From assembly GCA_965202665.1 (NCBI GenBank), contig OZ241841.1, positions 2,432,001 through 2,496,000 of the forward strand: a stretch of 64,000 nucleotides of DNA, in the 5' to 3' direction. The DNA is from Candidatus Spongiisociaceae bacterium. GTDB lineage: Bacteria > Actinomycetota > Acidimicrobiia > Spongiisociales > Spongiisociaceae. The notes beneath the pieces were generated by a model. It was not told the origin of the DNA. It worked only from the letters and a program-made list of their open reading frames with translations, and made no database searches. The position numbers were made by a program, and so were the translations under genes. Of the stretch, positions 18,254 through 31,400 are shown piece by piece; the stretch's first letter is position 1, and the number at the start of each line of letters is the position of its first letter.

Positions 18254-19165
18254 ATGGAGACCTCGAAATACATTTGGATGGACGGCCGCCGGGTGCCTTG
18301 GGAGGAGGCCAACGTCCATGTGCTGACCCACGCCCTGCATTACGGGACGGGCGTCTTCGAAGGCATCAGGGCTTATGAGACGGAAGGCGGGACGGCCGTT
18401 TTCCGCTTGCGCGACCATATGTTGCGCCTGCATCGTTCCTGCCAGGCCTACCGGATAGACCCCCCCTATACGGTGGAGGAACTGGTGGAAGCCGCCAAAT
18501 CCCTGGTGGCGGCCAACGAGTTGGAAGCCGGATACATCCGCCCCATTATTTTCCTGGGTTTGGGGGCGCTGGGGTTGGATCCCCGCAACGCCGAAGTGCG
18601 GGCGGCCATCGTCACTTGGCGGTGGGGGGCCTATCTGGGCGAGGAGGGCGTCCGCAACGGCATCCGGGTGAAAGTGTCCTCCTGGCGGCGCTTCTCCCAT
18701 GACGCCTTCCCCAACGCCAAAGCCACCGGCACCTACATCAACTCCATTTTGGCCAAGCACGACGCCCTCACCGACGGCTACGACGAGGCGCTGATGCTCG
18801 CTTCGGACGGGGCCATCTCCGAAGGTTCGGGGGAAAACCTGTTCCTGGTCAGCAAAGGGACCGTTTACACCCCGCCCCTGTCGGCCGGTTGCCTGGACGG
18901 GGTGACTCGGGACACGGTCATCACCTTGCTGGCCGACGACGGCTATAAAGTGGTGGAGAAGGTGATTCACCGGGCCGACCTTTACTACTGCGATGAACTG
19001 TTCATGACCGGAACAGCCGCCGAAGTAACCCCCATCCGGGAGGTGGACAACCGGCGGGTCGGCTCCGGTTCCCCCGGCCCGGTCACCCGCCGCGCCCAGC
19101 AACTCTACGCGGAGGCCTACGGGGGGAAACTGGACCGCTACGCCGGTTGGCTGGACTACGTCTGA
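18254..19165 (+). CDS. ilvE: Branched-chain amino acid aminotransferase
   Basis: LHYGTGVFEGIRAY, AKATGTYINS, EGSGENLF, LDGVTR, TGTAAEVTP; TATTAT 6 nt before the ATG. Confidence 0.95.
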   Translation: METSKYIWMDGRRVPWEEANVHVLTHALHYGTGVFEGIRAYETEGGTAVFRLRDHMLRLHRSCQAYRIDPPYTVEELVEAAKSLVAANELEAGYIRPIIFLGLGALGLDPRNAEVRAAIVTWRWGAYLGEEGVRNGIRVKVSSWRRFSHDAFPNAKATGTYINSILAKHDALTDGYDEALMLASDGAISEGSGENLFLVSKGTVYTPPLSAGCLDGVTRDTVITLLADDGYKVVEKVIHRADLYYCDELFMTGTAAEVTPIREVDNRRVGSGSPGPVTRRAQQLYAEAYGGKLDRYAGWLDYV

Positions 19166-19183
19166 GAGGCGGGAGCGGAATCA

Positions 19184-19696
19184 GTGGGCCGCCGCCCCTA
19201 CATTGAACTGGGAACCTCCGACCCGCCGGCGGAGGAGTTGGAGCGTTCCGCCGAGCGGCGCTGGCGCCCCACCCGCCCCGGCGAAATCCTGTCGCCCGCC
19301 GACGTTCCGGCGGGGGCCTCCTTCGGCCGCCCCGGCCCGGACGCCGGTTGGAGCCTGCGCCTCATCCGCCGCGCCGAATACGACCGGGGGAGCCGCCCCG
19401 GCCGGTTGGAAAGTTTGCTGACCTCTTTGGCGGCGGCGCGGGCGGCGGCGGCGGGCCGGGGTCCGGTTCCCCAAGATGTGGAGACGGCCCTGTCGCTGGT
19501 CGGGTTGCGCCCCGACGGTTTAGGGGAGGAGGCCCTGCAACGGCTGGCCGCCCGCCGGGAAGAATGGCTGGACGCCGTCGCCCATGAGCCTACGGCGGGG
19601 ATGGCGGCCCTGGCGGACATACCGGCCGACCTGCTGGCCGACGCCCCGGAGCGGGCGCGGGCCCGCTTGGCCGCCGACCCCGGCCTGGTCGGCTGA
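19184..19696 (+). CDS. Hypothetical protein
   Basis: Fills the gap in a co-directional operon; contains RPGE...[11 protein letters not shown]; function not recognised. Confidence 0.6.
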   Translation: MGRRPYIELGTSDPPAEELERSAERRWRPTRPGEILSPADVPAGASFGRPGPDAGWSLRLIRRAEYDRGSRPGRLESLLTSLAAARAAAAGRGPVPQDVETALSLVGLRPDGLGEEALQRLAARREEWLDAVAHEPTAGMAALADIPADLLADAPERARARLAADPGLVG

Positions 19697-19733
19697 CCCG
19701 CCGGACGCGGGATCATCGGCGGGCGGTCGGCCT

Positions 19734-20513
19734 ATGAAAGTGGTGCGCATCCAAACCGAAGAGGGCATCCGCTACGGGGTGGTGGAAGAGGAGGGCATCC
19801 GGGTGTACGACGGCTCGCCGCTGGTGATGTGGGAGCCGACCGAAGCGCTGGTGGAATTTTCCGCCGCCCGCCTGCTGGCCCCGGTGTTTCCCACCAAAGT
19901 GGTGTGCGTGGGACGCAACTACGGGGAGCACGCCCGGGAAATGGATTCGGATGTTCCGGAGTCGCCCCTGATTTTCCTGAAACCGTCCACGGCGGTGATC
20001 GGCCCGGAGAAGCCGATCGTCCTGCCGTCCGTCTCGCAGGAGGTGCATCACGAGGCGGAAATGGCGGTGATCATCGGACAGGTGGCCCGCAACGTGGCCG
20101 CCGAAGACGCATACCGGGCGGTGCTGGGCTACACGGCCGCCAACGATGTGACCGCCCGCGACCTGCAACGCCGGGACGGGCAGTGGACGCGGGGCAAAGG
20201 CTTCGACACGTTCTGCCCGCTGGGGCCGGCCATCGAAACCGAATTCGACCCGTTGGAGGATCATTCGCTGGAATGCCGGGTGAACGGGGAGGTGCGGCAG
20301 GCGGGTTCGGTGCGGGACATGATTTTCGGGGTGGCTCGGCTGATCGAATTCATTTCCGGGGTGATGACGCTCCTGCCCGGGGACGTTATCTTGACCGGCA
20401 CCCCGTCCGGGGTGGGCCGGTTGCGGGCGGGCGACCGGGTGGAAGTGTCGCTGGAAGGGGTGGGCGCCCTGTCCAACCCGGTGGCGGACGCCCCGGCCGG
20501 GGGGCCGGAATGA
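19734..20513 (+). CDS. Fumarylacetoacetate hydrolase family protein
   Basis: [55 protein letters not shown]. Confidence 0.92.
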   Translation: MKVVRIQTEEGIRYGVVEEEGIRVYDGSPLVMWEPTEALVEFSAARLLAPVFPTKVVCVGRNYGEHAREMDSDVPESPLIFLKPSTAVIGPEKPIVLPSVSQEVHHEAEMAVIIGQVARNVAAEDAYRAVLGYTAANDVTARDLQRRDGQWTRGKGFDTFCPLGPAIETEFDPLEDHSLECRVNGEVRQAGSVRDMIFGVARLIEFISGVMTLLPGDVILTGTPSGVGRLRAGDRVEVSLEGVGALSNPVADAPAGGPE

Positions 20514-20547
20514 CGGCCGGCGGGCGCGGTTTGCGGCGCGGACGACG

Positions 20548-22026
20548 GTGACTCCCCGCCTCCGAATCGCCCCTTCCCCCACCGGGTTTCTGCATGTGGG
20601 CAACGTGCGGGCGGCCCTGTTCAACTGGTTGCACGCCCGCCGCACCGGCGGGGTTTTCATCGTCCGCATCGACGACACCGACCGGGCCCGTTCGGAGGAA
20701 AAATATGTTTCCGACATCGTGTCCGGGTTGCGCTGGCTGGGTTTGGACTGGGACGAAGGGGCGGAAGCGGGGGGGCCGCACGGCTCATACCGCCAGTCGG
20801 ACCGGTTCGACCGCTACCGGGAGGCGGCGGAAGGCCTGGTTTCCGCGGGGCGGGCCTATCGCGATTTCCGCCCGGCGGGAAAGCTGGACGAATTGCGGTC
20901 CCGAGCGCAGGCGGAGCGCAAACCCCCCGGTCATTACATCCGCCGCCCGGATGACTCCGATGCGGAACGGGATCGGGCCCGGGCGGAGGCGGGGGAGGAG
21001 GCGACCATCCGGTTTTTGGTTCCCCCCGGGGAGGCGGTGGCTTTCACCGACCGGGTGCGGGGGGAGGTGCGGTTCGAGGCGGAGGCGGTGGACGACTTCG
21101 TGATCCTGCGCTCCGACGGGTCGCCCACCTATCATCTGGCTTCCGTAGCGGACGATGTGGACTACCGGATCACCGACGTGGCCCGGGGGGAAGATCTGCT
21201 GTCCTCCACCCCCAAGCACATTCTGCTGACCCGGGCTTTGGGGGCGGAGCCGCCCCGCTACGCCCATCTGCCTTTGCTGTTGGGGCCGGACGGGCGCAAA
21301 CTTTCCAAACGGCACGGGGACACCGCCCTGCGGTTTTACCGGGAGGCCGGTTTTCTGCCGGACGCGGTGTTCAACTACATGAGCCTGCTGGGATGGTCGT
21401 TGCATCCGGAAAACGAAGTGTTTTCCCGGGCGGAGGCGACGGCCGCGTTTGATTTGGACGATGTGCAGAAAAGCCCCGCCGTCTTCGATACTGAAAAACT
21501 GGAATGGATGAACGGGTTGTACATCCGGGCTCTGCCGGCGGCGGAATTCGCGGAGTCGGCTTTGGCGGCGGCGGCCGGCGGACTGGGGCGGGAGTTGCCG
21601 GAGGCGGAGCGGGAGAGGTTGCGGGCGATCGCCCCCCTGGTGCAGGAACGGGTGCGGCTGCTGTCGGAGGTGACCCCCATGGTGCGGTTCCTGCTGGAAG
21701 AGGTGGAATACGATGAGGCGGCCTGGGCGAAGGTCATGAAAGAAGAGGCCCGCCCGGTTCTGGAGGCGGCGGCGATCGCGTTGCAGGCGGTGGAGCCGTG
21801 GGGCAAAGAGGGGATAGAGGAGGCCCTGCGGGGGATGCTGGACGTACTGGGGGTGAAGCCCCGCAAAGGACTGCAGCCGATCCGGGTGGCGGTAACCGGC
21901 TCCAACGTTTCCCCGCCGCTTTTCGAAAGCCTGGCCGCCCTCCCGCAGGCGGAGGCGCTGGCCCGCATCAAATCGGCCGCCTCCCGCCTGGGGGAGACCG
22001 CGGTACCAGCGAATGGGCTAGACTAA
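20548..22026 (+). CDS. gltX: Glutamate--tRNA ligase
   Basis: RIAPSPTGFLHVGN (HIGH), KLSKR (KMSKS), C-terminal SPPLFES anticodon-binding domain. Confidence 0.95.
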   Translation: MTPRLRIAPSPTGFLHVGNVRAALFNWLHARRTGGVFIVRIDDTDRARSEEKYVSDIVSGLRWLGLDWDEGAEAGGPHGSYRQSDRFDRYREAAEGLVSAGRAYRDFRPAGKLDELRSRAQAERKPPGHYIRRPDDSDAERDRARAEAGEEATIRFLVPPGEAVAFTDRVRGEVRFEAEAVDDFVILRSDGSPTYHLASVADDVDYRITDVARGEDLLSSTPKHILLTRALGAEPPRYAHLPLLLGPDGRKLSKRHGDTALRFYREAGFLPDAVFNYMSLLGWSLHPENEVFSRAEATAAFDLDDVQKSPAVFDTEKLEWMNGLYIRALPAAEFAESALAAAAGGLGRELPEAERERLRAIAPLVQERVRLLSEVTPMVRFLLEEVEYDEAAWAKVMKEEARPVLEAAAIALQAVEPWGKEGIEEALRGMLDVLGVKPRKGLQPIRVAVTGSNVSPPLFESLAALPQAEALARIKSAASRLGETAVPANGLD

Positions 22027-22040
22027 GGACTTCCCCGGTG

Positions 22041-22116
22041 GGCCCCGTCGTCCAGCGGTCTAGGACGCTGGCCTTTCAAGCCAGAAACGCGGGTTCGAAT
22101 CCCGTCGGGGCCACCA
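22041..22116 (+). tRNA. tRNA-Glu(TTC)
   Basis: Acceptor GGCCCCG/CGGGGCC; anticodon arm CTGGC-ctTTCaa-GCCAG; encoded CCA. Confidence 0.95.
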
Positions 22117-22244
22117 CTGTCGTAAATGTTGTCGAGATTCGACCGCGAGGAGCGTAAGTGGGCATTTCGGCTTTAGGGGCGCGTGAGGTTGTGGAGTTCT
22201 CATTCAAGCCCGAACAGCGATACAGCCATCCACCTCCAGCTTAG

Positions 22245-22319
22245 GTCCGGTCTGGTGCGCGGCGCTCGAAATGCCGTAGGGGTTTTCGCCCCTCGTGGGT
22301 TCGAATCCCACCCCCTCCG
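22245..22319 (+). pseudogene. 5'-truncated tRNA-Ser(CGA)
   Basis: Anticodon arm CGGCG-ctCGAaa-TGCCG, long variable arm AGGGG-TTTTCG-CCCCT, T arm GTGGG-TTCGAAT-CCCAC and 3' acceptor CCCCTCC-G are present; the matching 5' strand (GGAGGGG) is absent. Confidence 0.8.
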
Positions 22320-22365
22320 CTTTTGTCGGTGGGCGGGTTTGGCGGCGGGGCGGGCGGGCGGCGGT

Positions 22366-22394
22366 TTGACATATTGGGGGGGGGGGGTTAGGGT
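22366..22394 (+). promoter_or_regulatory. Sigma70-type promoter with G12 tract in the spacer, upstream of the giant surface-protein gene
   Basis: TTGACA (22366-22371), 17-nt spacer TATT-G12-T, TAGGGT (22389-22394). Confidence 0.7.
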
Positions 22395-22483
22395 TTTGGG
22401 TGCTGGGCTTGTTGTGGGTTCAGTAGCCCGTTGCGGCGGCGGGTTTGGTATTGGTTCGCCGTTGGAGAGTTTGGAGGTTGGTG

Positions 22484-25400
22484 ATGGGGCGGATGTCGGG
22501 GTTGGGTTCGGTGGGTGGGGTGTGGGGGCGTGTGTTGGGGTTGGGTTTGGCGGTGGTGTTGGTGGTGGGGTTGTTGCCGTTGGTTCCGGTGGGGGTGGAG
22601 GGGCAGACGCGGACTATTTCGTTTAGGATTACGGATCGGAATAATAATCCGGTTTCGGCTGTTACTGAGAATGCTGGGGATTTGCGGTTGCGGCTTCATA
22701 TGGATATTTCGCCTGCGGCGCATAAGGGCGGTTCTGTGTATTTTAATACGGGTGGTAGCGCTACTCGTCATACGGATTATGGGTTTGGTTATGCTGACCA
22801 ATGTTGTATATCTGCTGGTAATTGGTATAGTCATGTCCAAGATAATTCGTGGCTTTCTTGGGGTACTGGGGATACTCATAAATCAGTTGATTTTACGTTG
22901 AGGATGGTGGATGATAGGTTGTTTGAGTATTATGAGTCGTTTAAGATTGTGAGGGGTACTGCTACTGATGGTTTTACGTATGCGAATTCTGAGGTGGGGT
23001 TGTCTGTGATTGATCAGGATCGTAGGTTGGGGGTGTCGTATTCTGTTAGTGAGGTGGGGGAGAGTGCGGCGGGGCAGTGGCGGTCGGGTACGGTGACGTT
23101 GAGTAGGGGGGATGTTTCGAGTGGGGTGTTTGTGCCTGCTACGGCGAATTGGACTACTTATGGTGTTAATCCTTTGCAGGTGAAGGTGGTGGATGGTTCT
23201 GCGAAGAATGAGGTGGCGGGGGTGACGGATGAGAGGCGTGATTTTGTGTTTTCGCATTTTAATGATGTGGTGGTTGCGAATCGGCGGATTGTTAGTGTTG
23301 CTAAGGGGCAGGTGTCGGGTACGGTTGGTGATGTCGGGTTTCGGGTTTTGTCGGAGGTGGGGGAGCGGGTGGCGGAGCCGCCGGAGGTGTTTTATGTGAC
23401 GGTGGATACTTCTCCGGTGTGGGGGGCGCCGGTGACGATTGTGGATGATGATGTGACTATTGCGTTGTCGTCGTCGTCGTCTAATAGTTCTTTTGCGGGG
23501 TTCGCGGAGAGTGATATTCCGCAGCCGGTGACGGTGACGGCCCGGTTTTTGCATGCGGCTCGTTCGGTGATTCCTACGGATACGGTGGTGAATGTGAGTG
23601 TGAAGTCGTTTTCGGATAGTCCTGTGTTGACGGGTGGGGGGGCGGTGGTGTCGTCGGGGGCGTGTCCGCAGACGAGTGGGGATGTGTGTTTGGATGTGGG
23701 GAATTCGTTTACGGTGACGATCCCGGCGGGGCAGGTGAGTGGGTCGAGGACGGTTTTGATGACGGCGCGGGATGAGGGCGGTACGGCGGAGGGGGTGGAG
23801 GGGGTGGGGTTGGATGGGTCGGCGTCGGTGGGGGGGGAGGCGGTGTTTGTGTATGGTCATGCTATCCGGGTGTATGATGCGGCTGACGCGAAGGTGATTG
23901 GGTTGTCGTTGCATGAGGCGGCGACGGGGGAGGCGGGGTTGTCGTCGGTGGGGGAGGGGGTTGGGAAGGCGGTGCGGGTGCGGGCTACTATGGCTGGGTC
24001 GTGGCAGTCGGTGTGGGAGTCGCGGTATTCGAGGGTGGTGTGGGTGACGCCGGGTTCGGTGAGCGGTTCGGCTACGTTGGGGTCGTGTTCGGGTTCGGGT
24101 CAGAGCCGGGTGTGCACGGGGGATTTCGGGCGGAGCGCGGGGGAGGTGTCGGTTCGTATGGGGTCGGATGATTCAGCGACGGTGGGGGATGTGACGATCA
24201 CTACGTATGATGATACGGTGACGGAGGATGGGGAGTCGGTGGTGTTTTGGGGTCGCTCCAATTCGCAGTGGGTGGTCGCTCCGGCGATGTTGACTATTAA
24301 TGATGGGGATCGGTATGTGGATTTGAGCGTGTCGCCGTCGACGGTAGCGGAGCCTGCGTCGGGCAATACCCGTAATGATATGCGGTTGACGGCCCGGTTT
24401 GGGCAGATGGTTGGTAATGTGTTTGTTCCGTCGACGTCCAGCACTCATAGCAGTAGTTTTACTTCGCGGTTGTATTTTCGGGACCAGTCGGCGACGCAGG
24501 AGGACGATCAAGGCAATGTAGATGATTTTTATCAGATTGGCTTTTCTTTTAGGGATATTTCCATCGCGGCTGGTTCGGTGTCGGGGTCGGTGACGTGGCC
24601 TTTCAACTTTTATGCTGATAATAAGGCGGAGGGTACGGAGGATTTCCGTTTTGAGTGGGGGAACAGCCAGGTAGCGGGTTATAGTTTGTCGCCGAATCCC
24701 AACGTGTATATCACAGATCCGGATTCGGCGCTTAATCTGTCGATAGACGCTGATGGGGGAACAACTGGGGTGCAGCCGTTGCGGGAGGGGGAGTCGTTGT
24801 CGGGGGCGGTGGGGGTGGCGGCGTTTTCGGCGGGTTCGTCTACGATCGGGTCGGCGACTTCGGTTGTTTTGTCTGCGGGGTTGGGTGCGCCGGGGGCGGG
24901 GGTGGCGTCGGCGGTTGATTTCACGTATGCGCCCGCTTCCCCGAACACGGTTTCGGTGGCGGCTAATAGTGTGTCGGGGTCGGCGGCGTTGGGGGGGTTG
25001 GCGGTGGTGGATGATGGTGTGGTGGAGGGTCCGGAGACGTTTGTTTTGTCGGGGGTGGTTACGGGGGTGGCGGGGGTGTCGGCGGCGGATAGTTCGGTGA
25101 CGATTGTGGATGATGATGCGGATATTGATTTGACGGTGTCGGAGTCGTCGGTGCTGGAAGGAGCCGGGGAGCAGGCGATCACGGTGAGGGCGGCTTTTAG
25201 GGGGAGCAGTTCCGTTTTGACGGCGGCGACTGATGTGACGGTGACGTTGGCGAGCGCGGCGTCGGGTGGGGCGGTGTTGTCGTCGGCGGTGTGTCCGCAG
25301 ACCAGTGGAGACGTGTGTTCCGACAAGACCAATAATCAGTTCACGGTGTCCATCCCGGCGGGCGCCACCAGCGGGTCGGCGACGTTGCGGCTGACCGCCC

Positions 25401-28400
25401 GGGACGACGGCAACGCGGAGGGGGGAGAGGGGCTGGTGTTGTCGGGGACGGCGTCGGTGGGGGGCGCGGCGGTGGCGGTGGCGTCCGCGGAGATTAGCGT
25501 GTTTGATCCGGGGCAGGCGATTGATTTGTCTTTGACCGACACCGCGCAAACTCCTGTGGCGTTGACGGCGGTGGGGGAGGACGGGGGGGCGCGGGTGGTG
25601 CGGGTGACGGCTACTGCTCCGGCGGCGGTGTCGGCGGAGACGGTGGTGTCGGTGACGGTGGGCGCGGCGGGGGGTTCGGCTGATCCGCAGTCGTGCGCGG
25701 GGTCGGGGCAGAACGAGGTTTGCACGGGAGGGGATTACGCAAAGTCGGATCCGGCGACGATCACTATTCCGTCGGGAGGGACGAGCGGGTCGGTGGATGT
25801 GACGGTCACCCCGTTGGAGGACACCATATCAGAAGAGAACGAGACGATCCGCGTCGGGGGTTCGGCGGGGGGGTATGCGGTGCGGGGGGCTGATTTGGAA
25901 ATCACCGACCAGGACCGAACGGTGGGGATAGGGGTGGGGGAGGGGGAGGCGTCGTACGGGGAGGGTGGGGATCCGCAGTCGGGCTGGGCCACCCGCAGCC
26001 AGTGTATGACTTCCGCTCCGTTTTCCAGGACGGTGACCGGCCGCCTGGGTGGGTTGTCGGCGGAGGGGGTGTTCACCGCGTCTACCTCCTCGACGTTGGG
26101 TAGTAATGTGCGGGGGCGGGTGCGGACGGTGGATGGAACGGCTACTTATAATCAGGATTATTCGTCGGATGGGTTCGCGGTGGACACCATGCCTACCGCG
26201 TGGGAGTTTATTACCATCGCGGCTGGTTCCACGTCGGGGACGGCGACGGTGCAGTTGGTGAGTTGCGTGGATGACGTGGCGGAGGGGGATGAGACTTATC
26301 AGATGACTATTTCCAGCCTTCCGGCGGGTTTCGGGGCGGATCCTCAGTTGATGACGGTGACCGATGATGACAGCCGTCCTGGGTTGCGGGGGAGCGTGTC
26401 GGAGGACGCGGGCGGAACAGTGGGGGTGGAGGCTTTCCTCCCGGCGGGGTCGTCGGAGTTGACCGACCCGCTGGTGGTGTCTTTGACGTCGGTGATCGCC
26501 GACAGCGCGGGGACGGCTGATTTTTCTTATCCGTCGCCCGCGCCGGTGCTGTTGACTATCCCGGCTGGTTCCACTTCGGTCAGCGGCGCCATCCCGGGGT
26601 TGGCTATCACTGATGATGGGAGCGTGGAGGGGCCGGAGCGGTTGACTTTGGGCGGGACGGACGCGTCGGGGGCTGCGGTGTCGGGTTCGTTGGCTATCGT
26701 CGATGACGACGCGGTGATAGATGTGCTGGTTTCCCCGGCGGAGGTGTTGGAGCAGGCCGCCGCTCAACAGATCGGGGTGACCGCCCGTTTCCGGGGAGAA
26801 ACTTCCGCGTTGACCGCGGCGACGGCGGTGACGGTTACGTTGGCGGGGGCGCAGAACGGGGCTACGTTGGCGGCGGCGTGTCCGGCTACTTCTGAGGATG
26901 CTTGCACCGACCAGGCCAACAACCAGTTCACCATCAGCATCCCCGCCGGGAGCGTTGAGGCGTCTGGGTCGTTTATGCTGACCGCCCGCAGCGACAACGC
27001 GGCGGACAACGACGAAGACCTGACCGTATCCGGCGCGGCCACTATCGGGGGGGAAGCGGCGGTGGTGGAGGGGACGGAGTTGACGATTTACGATCCGGGC
27101 CGGTCCATCGCGTTGAGTTTTACTGACACTGCTTCTACGCCGGTTCCGTTGGTGGATGTGGGGGAGGATGGGGGGGCTAAAGTGATTCGGGTGGTGGCTT
27201 CTGCGCCGGTGGCGCCGACGTCGGCGGTGGTGGTGGATGTGGTGGTGGGGGCGGAGGGTACTACGGCTGGGGCGGGGGATTATTCGTCGAGTTCGGATAG
27301 GGTGTCGGTGACTATCGCCGCCAACGACACCAGCGGGACGGCGGATGTGACTATCACCCCCGCGTCGGATACCATCACCGAAGACTTGGAGATTATCCGG
27401 TTCGCCGGTTCAGCTACTGGGTATGCGGTGGTGGCGAATGATTTGGTGATACAGGATCAGGATCGGGCGGTGAAGGTGATGGCGGCGGAGGGGGATCTGG
27501 TGGTGCGGGAGCCTAGGGAGGGGGAGGCGTTGACTAACCAGTATAATGGCATTCTCAAGTTTTTCCGGGGTATGACGGCTGTTTTGGGCGGGGTGTCGGG
27601 CGGGGTGTTCACCCCCTCTACCTCTTCTACTTACAGTTCTAATTTGGGGATGCGGGTGCGGGTTGATGCGGGGTCGGCCACCGTGGGCGGCCAGACTAGC
27701 ACTACCGACGATATCTTCCATGAGCACGGCGAGGCGGACGACCCGCTGGAGGTGACTATAAACGCGGGGGCCCTTTCCGGTAATGTGAATATAGTGTACG
27801 CTCCCACCGCGGTTCCGGTGGTTGCTGTTTTGAAGGACACGGTGGCGGAACCGGATCAGATCTTTTACTTCCGTCCCGCCGTTCCCTCCGGTTGGACCGC
27901 GGTCAGGGAGACGATCACCATCCAAGACTCCAACCAGATAGCGATAACGGTGGACACTGACAGCGCGACGGGAACCCAGACCACGCTGGCGGAAGGCGCC
28001 ACCGGTTCCGGCGTGACCGTTTCCGCCGCCTACTACAACGCCACCACCTCGGTAATAGCCTCCGCTACCAACGTGACTCTGTCAGCCGCCGCCCCCACCC
28101 CGGCCGGAGCCGGGAAGGCCGTCGCCGCCGACTTCACCTACACCCCGGCCACGCCCAATACCATCACTTTCCCCGCTAACAACGCCACCCCTTCAGCCAC
28201 CGCCACCCTAACCGGGTTGACGGTCACCGACGACGCGATTGTGGAGGGGCCGGAGACGATTACCATTAGCGGTTCTTCCCCGTTAGGCGACGCCACCCCC
28301 GCTACTATAACCATCGTCGACGACGACGACGACATCACGCTGTCAGTGTTCCCCGCCTCAGTAGCGGAAGGCTCGGGTACGCAGACGATAACGGTTACCG

Positions 28401-31400
28401 CCGCTTTCGCGGGAACCACCTCCGCCCTGACCGCCGCCACCGACGTGACGGTGACGGTCGCTTCCGCGTCCAGCAACGGTGCCACCCTGGCCGCCTGCCC
28501 CTCCTCCACCACTGATGTGTGCGTTACCGGTTTGACCAGCAGCCAGCTGACCGTGACCATCCCCGCCGGGGAAACCAGCGGCGCCGCTACTTTCCAGCTC
28601 ACCGCCCGCGACGACACCACCGCCGACGATGATGAGAAACTGACGGTAACCGGCTCCGCCACCGTCGGCGGCGCAACAGCTACGGTCACCGGAACCGAAA
28701 TGTCGATGCGGGATCCGGGGCGGGCGATTACGTTGAGTTTCACTGACACCGCCCAAACCCCCGCCGCGCTAACCGCAGTGGAAGAAGACGGCGGCGCGCA
28801 GACGGTGCGGGTGGTGGCCACCGTCGGGACGGCCCCCACCGCCGACACCGACGTAACAGTCACCGTAGGCGCCACAGGCGGCACCGCCACCTTGGGAACG
28901 CTAGGGGACTATCTACGCAGCGCCGGGGAGGCAACGGTGACCATCGCGGCGAATGACACCAGCGGAACCGCCGACGTAACCATCACCCCCGTGCAGGACA
29001 GGGTCACTGAAGATCACGAAACTATCCGCTTCGCGGGCGCCGCTACGGGGTATGCGGTAGTACCAGCCGATCTACAGATCATCGACCAAGACCGGGTTAT
29101 CAAGTTCACTTTGAACCCGGACACGATTGACGAGTGGGCTTCCCGCCGTAGCTCGGTTGTTTCGGATGGCACCGCTACTTTAGGAGGCACCTCCGGCGGC
29201 GTGTTCACTCCTTCCACGTCCTCTACTTACAGTTCCAATATGAATTTGCAGGCGTGGTCCCCTGAAGGTTCTGGCAATAGCCAAAATACTAGAACTATTG
29301 CTAGATATCACGTATATGACTGGGAAAGTTATTTGTTTTATTTGAGGAAATATTTTAATATTCCGTCTGGTTCACTCACCGCTTCGCAAGACATATCACA
29401 TTCCGTCGAGGTAAACAACACAGCGGATCCGGATGAGGCGATTAAACGGCTGGGAGCGAGGACGCTTCCAGCGGGGTTCACTCAGGAAAGAGCCTGGATT
29501 AAGGTGCGGGACGTGACGGATTCGCGGGTGGTGTTCAGGGTGGACACCGACGGCAACACTATGGGCAACCAGACCGAAATAGCGGAGGGTGCTTCCGGCA
29601 CAGGAGTGGAAGTATGGGCGGGATGGCCCTCCGGAGTCACCGCTACCCGTCACACGACGCCGGTCACGGCCACTCTTACTATCGAAGAAGATACGGAACC
29701 GGAGGCGGGGGAGGCGGGCGACGCCGATTTTGATTACGCTCCGCCGTCGCCGCTGTCGTTTACCATTCCTGTTAAGGTGGCGGAGGATCTTATGGCTACG
29801 CCTCCGGTGGTGGGTGTGTCTGGGTTGAAGAGTTCTTCGGGGACGTTGGCGGGTTTGTCGGTGGTGGATGATTCGATTGTGGAGGGTCCGGAGACGATAG
29901 CGTTTGGCGGTACTTCCAGTCTGGGTGCCGGGCATCCCGTTTCGGGGGAGTTGGTTATCGCCGATGATGATGCTGATATTTCGTTGTCGGTGTTCCCGGC
30001 GGTGGTAGCGGAAGGGTCGGGGGCGCAGACGATTACGGTTACCGCCCGTTTCGCGGGAACTAGCTCGGTGTTGACTGCGGATACTGTTGTGACGGTGACT
30101 GTTGCGGCGGCGTCGTCGGGTGGGGCGGTGGTGTCGTCGGCGGTGTGTCCGCAGACCGGGGATGATGTGTGTACCGACAAAACGAGCAATCAGTTTACGG
30201 TTACTATCCCGGCCGGGCAGTTGCTGGGGAGCGGTTCTTTCCAGTTGACCGCCCGGGAGGACTCCACCGCCGACGACGAAGAAGGCCTGACGATTTCAGG
30301 CTCAGCCGCGGTGGGGGGGGCGGCGGTGGAGGTGACGGGGACGGCGATGACGGTCCGCGACGCGGATAAGGCGATCACGCTCACTTTGACTGATACCGCG
30401 CAAACCCCGGCCGCGTTGACCGAGGTAGAAGAGGATGGCGGTGCGCAGACGGTGCGGATAACGGCTACTGCTTCGGCGGCGGTGGGCGCATCCCCGGTGA
30501 ACGTAACGGTGATGGTGGGCGCGTCGGGCGGCGACGCGCTGTTGAACACTGATTTCACTCGTAGTTCGGCTACGGCGACGATTACTATTCCCGCGCAGGG
30601 CACGAGTGGTTCGGCGGATGTGACCATAACGCCCCTGTCGGATACCATCACTGAGAATCGGGAGATGATATGGTTTACTGGTTCTGTTGCTGGGTATGGG
30701 GTGGTGGCGGCTGGTTTGGGGATTGCGGATCAGGATCGGTTTATTCGGGTGTCTCCTTTGGTTGATCGGTACACGGAGCCCTTACCTGGTGGTTTCAGTT
30801 ATACTACTCATCAGGTGGGTTTTAGAGCTGATTTGGGGGGTGTGTCTGGTGGGGTGTTCACTGCTTCGACGGCTTCTGCTTACAGTGCCGGTTTGAACAA
30901 TTTGCGGGTGACGATGCGGGAGGGGACGGCGTTGGATTATACTGGGCCATGTCCGTTAGTGAGCTGTGATTGGCGTTGGAATGGTAATTTAGGTCAGGTG
31001 TTGGTGTCTATTCCGGCTGGTTCTTTGTCTGCTACGTTGGCTGCTTCGGCTTTTAGCACTTTGCAGGTGTATAGGTATGGCCCGGTGGCGGAGGCGGTGG
31101 AGACGATAGAGGTGGTGGTGGCTGAGCCGGCGGGTTTTACTGTCGTTGCGGGGATTATCAGCATTGTGGACGAATACGATACTCGGGTTGCTTTGCAGGT
31201 GGATACTGATGGGGATACTGATGGTTATCAGACGGTGATAAGGGAGGGCGGCTCTGGTTCGGTGTCGGTGTCGGGGAGTTTCCGGTCGGGAACGGTCAAC
31301 GAGGTAGGTTCGGATGTGGCGGTGGCTTTGTCGACGGCGGTGGAAATCTCGGGGGCGGGGAAGGCGGTTGCGGCTGATTTCTCGTATGCGCCGCCGTCGC

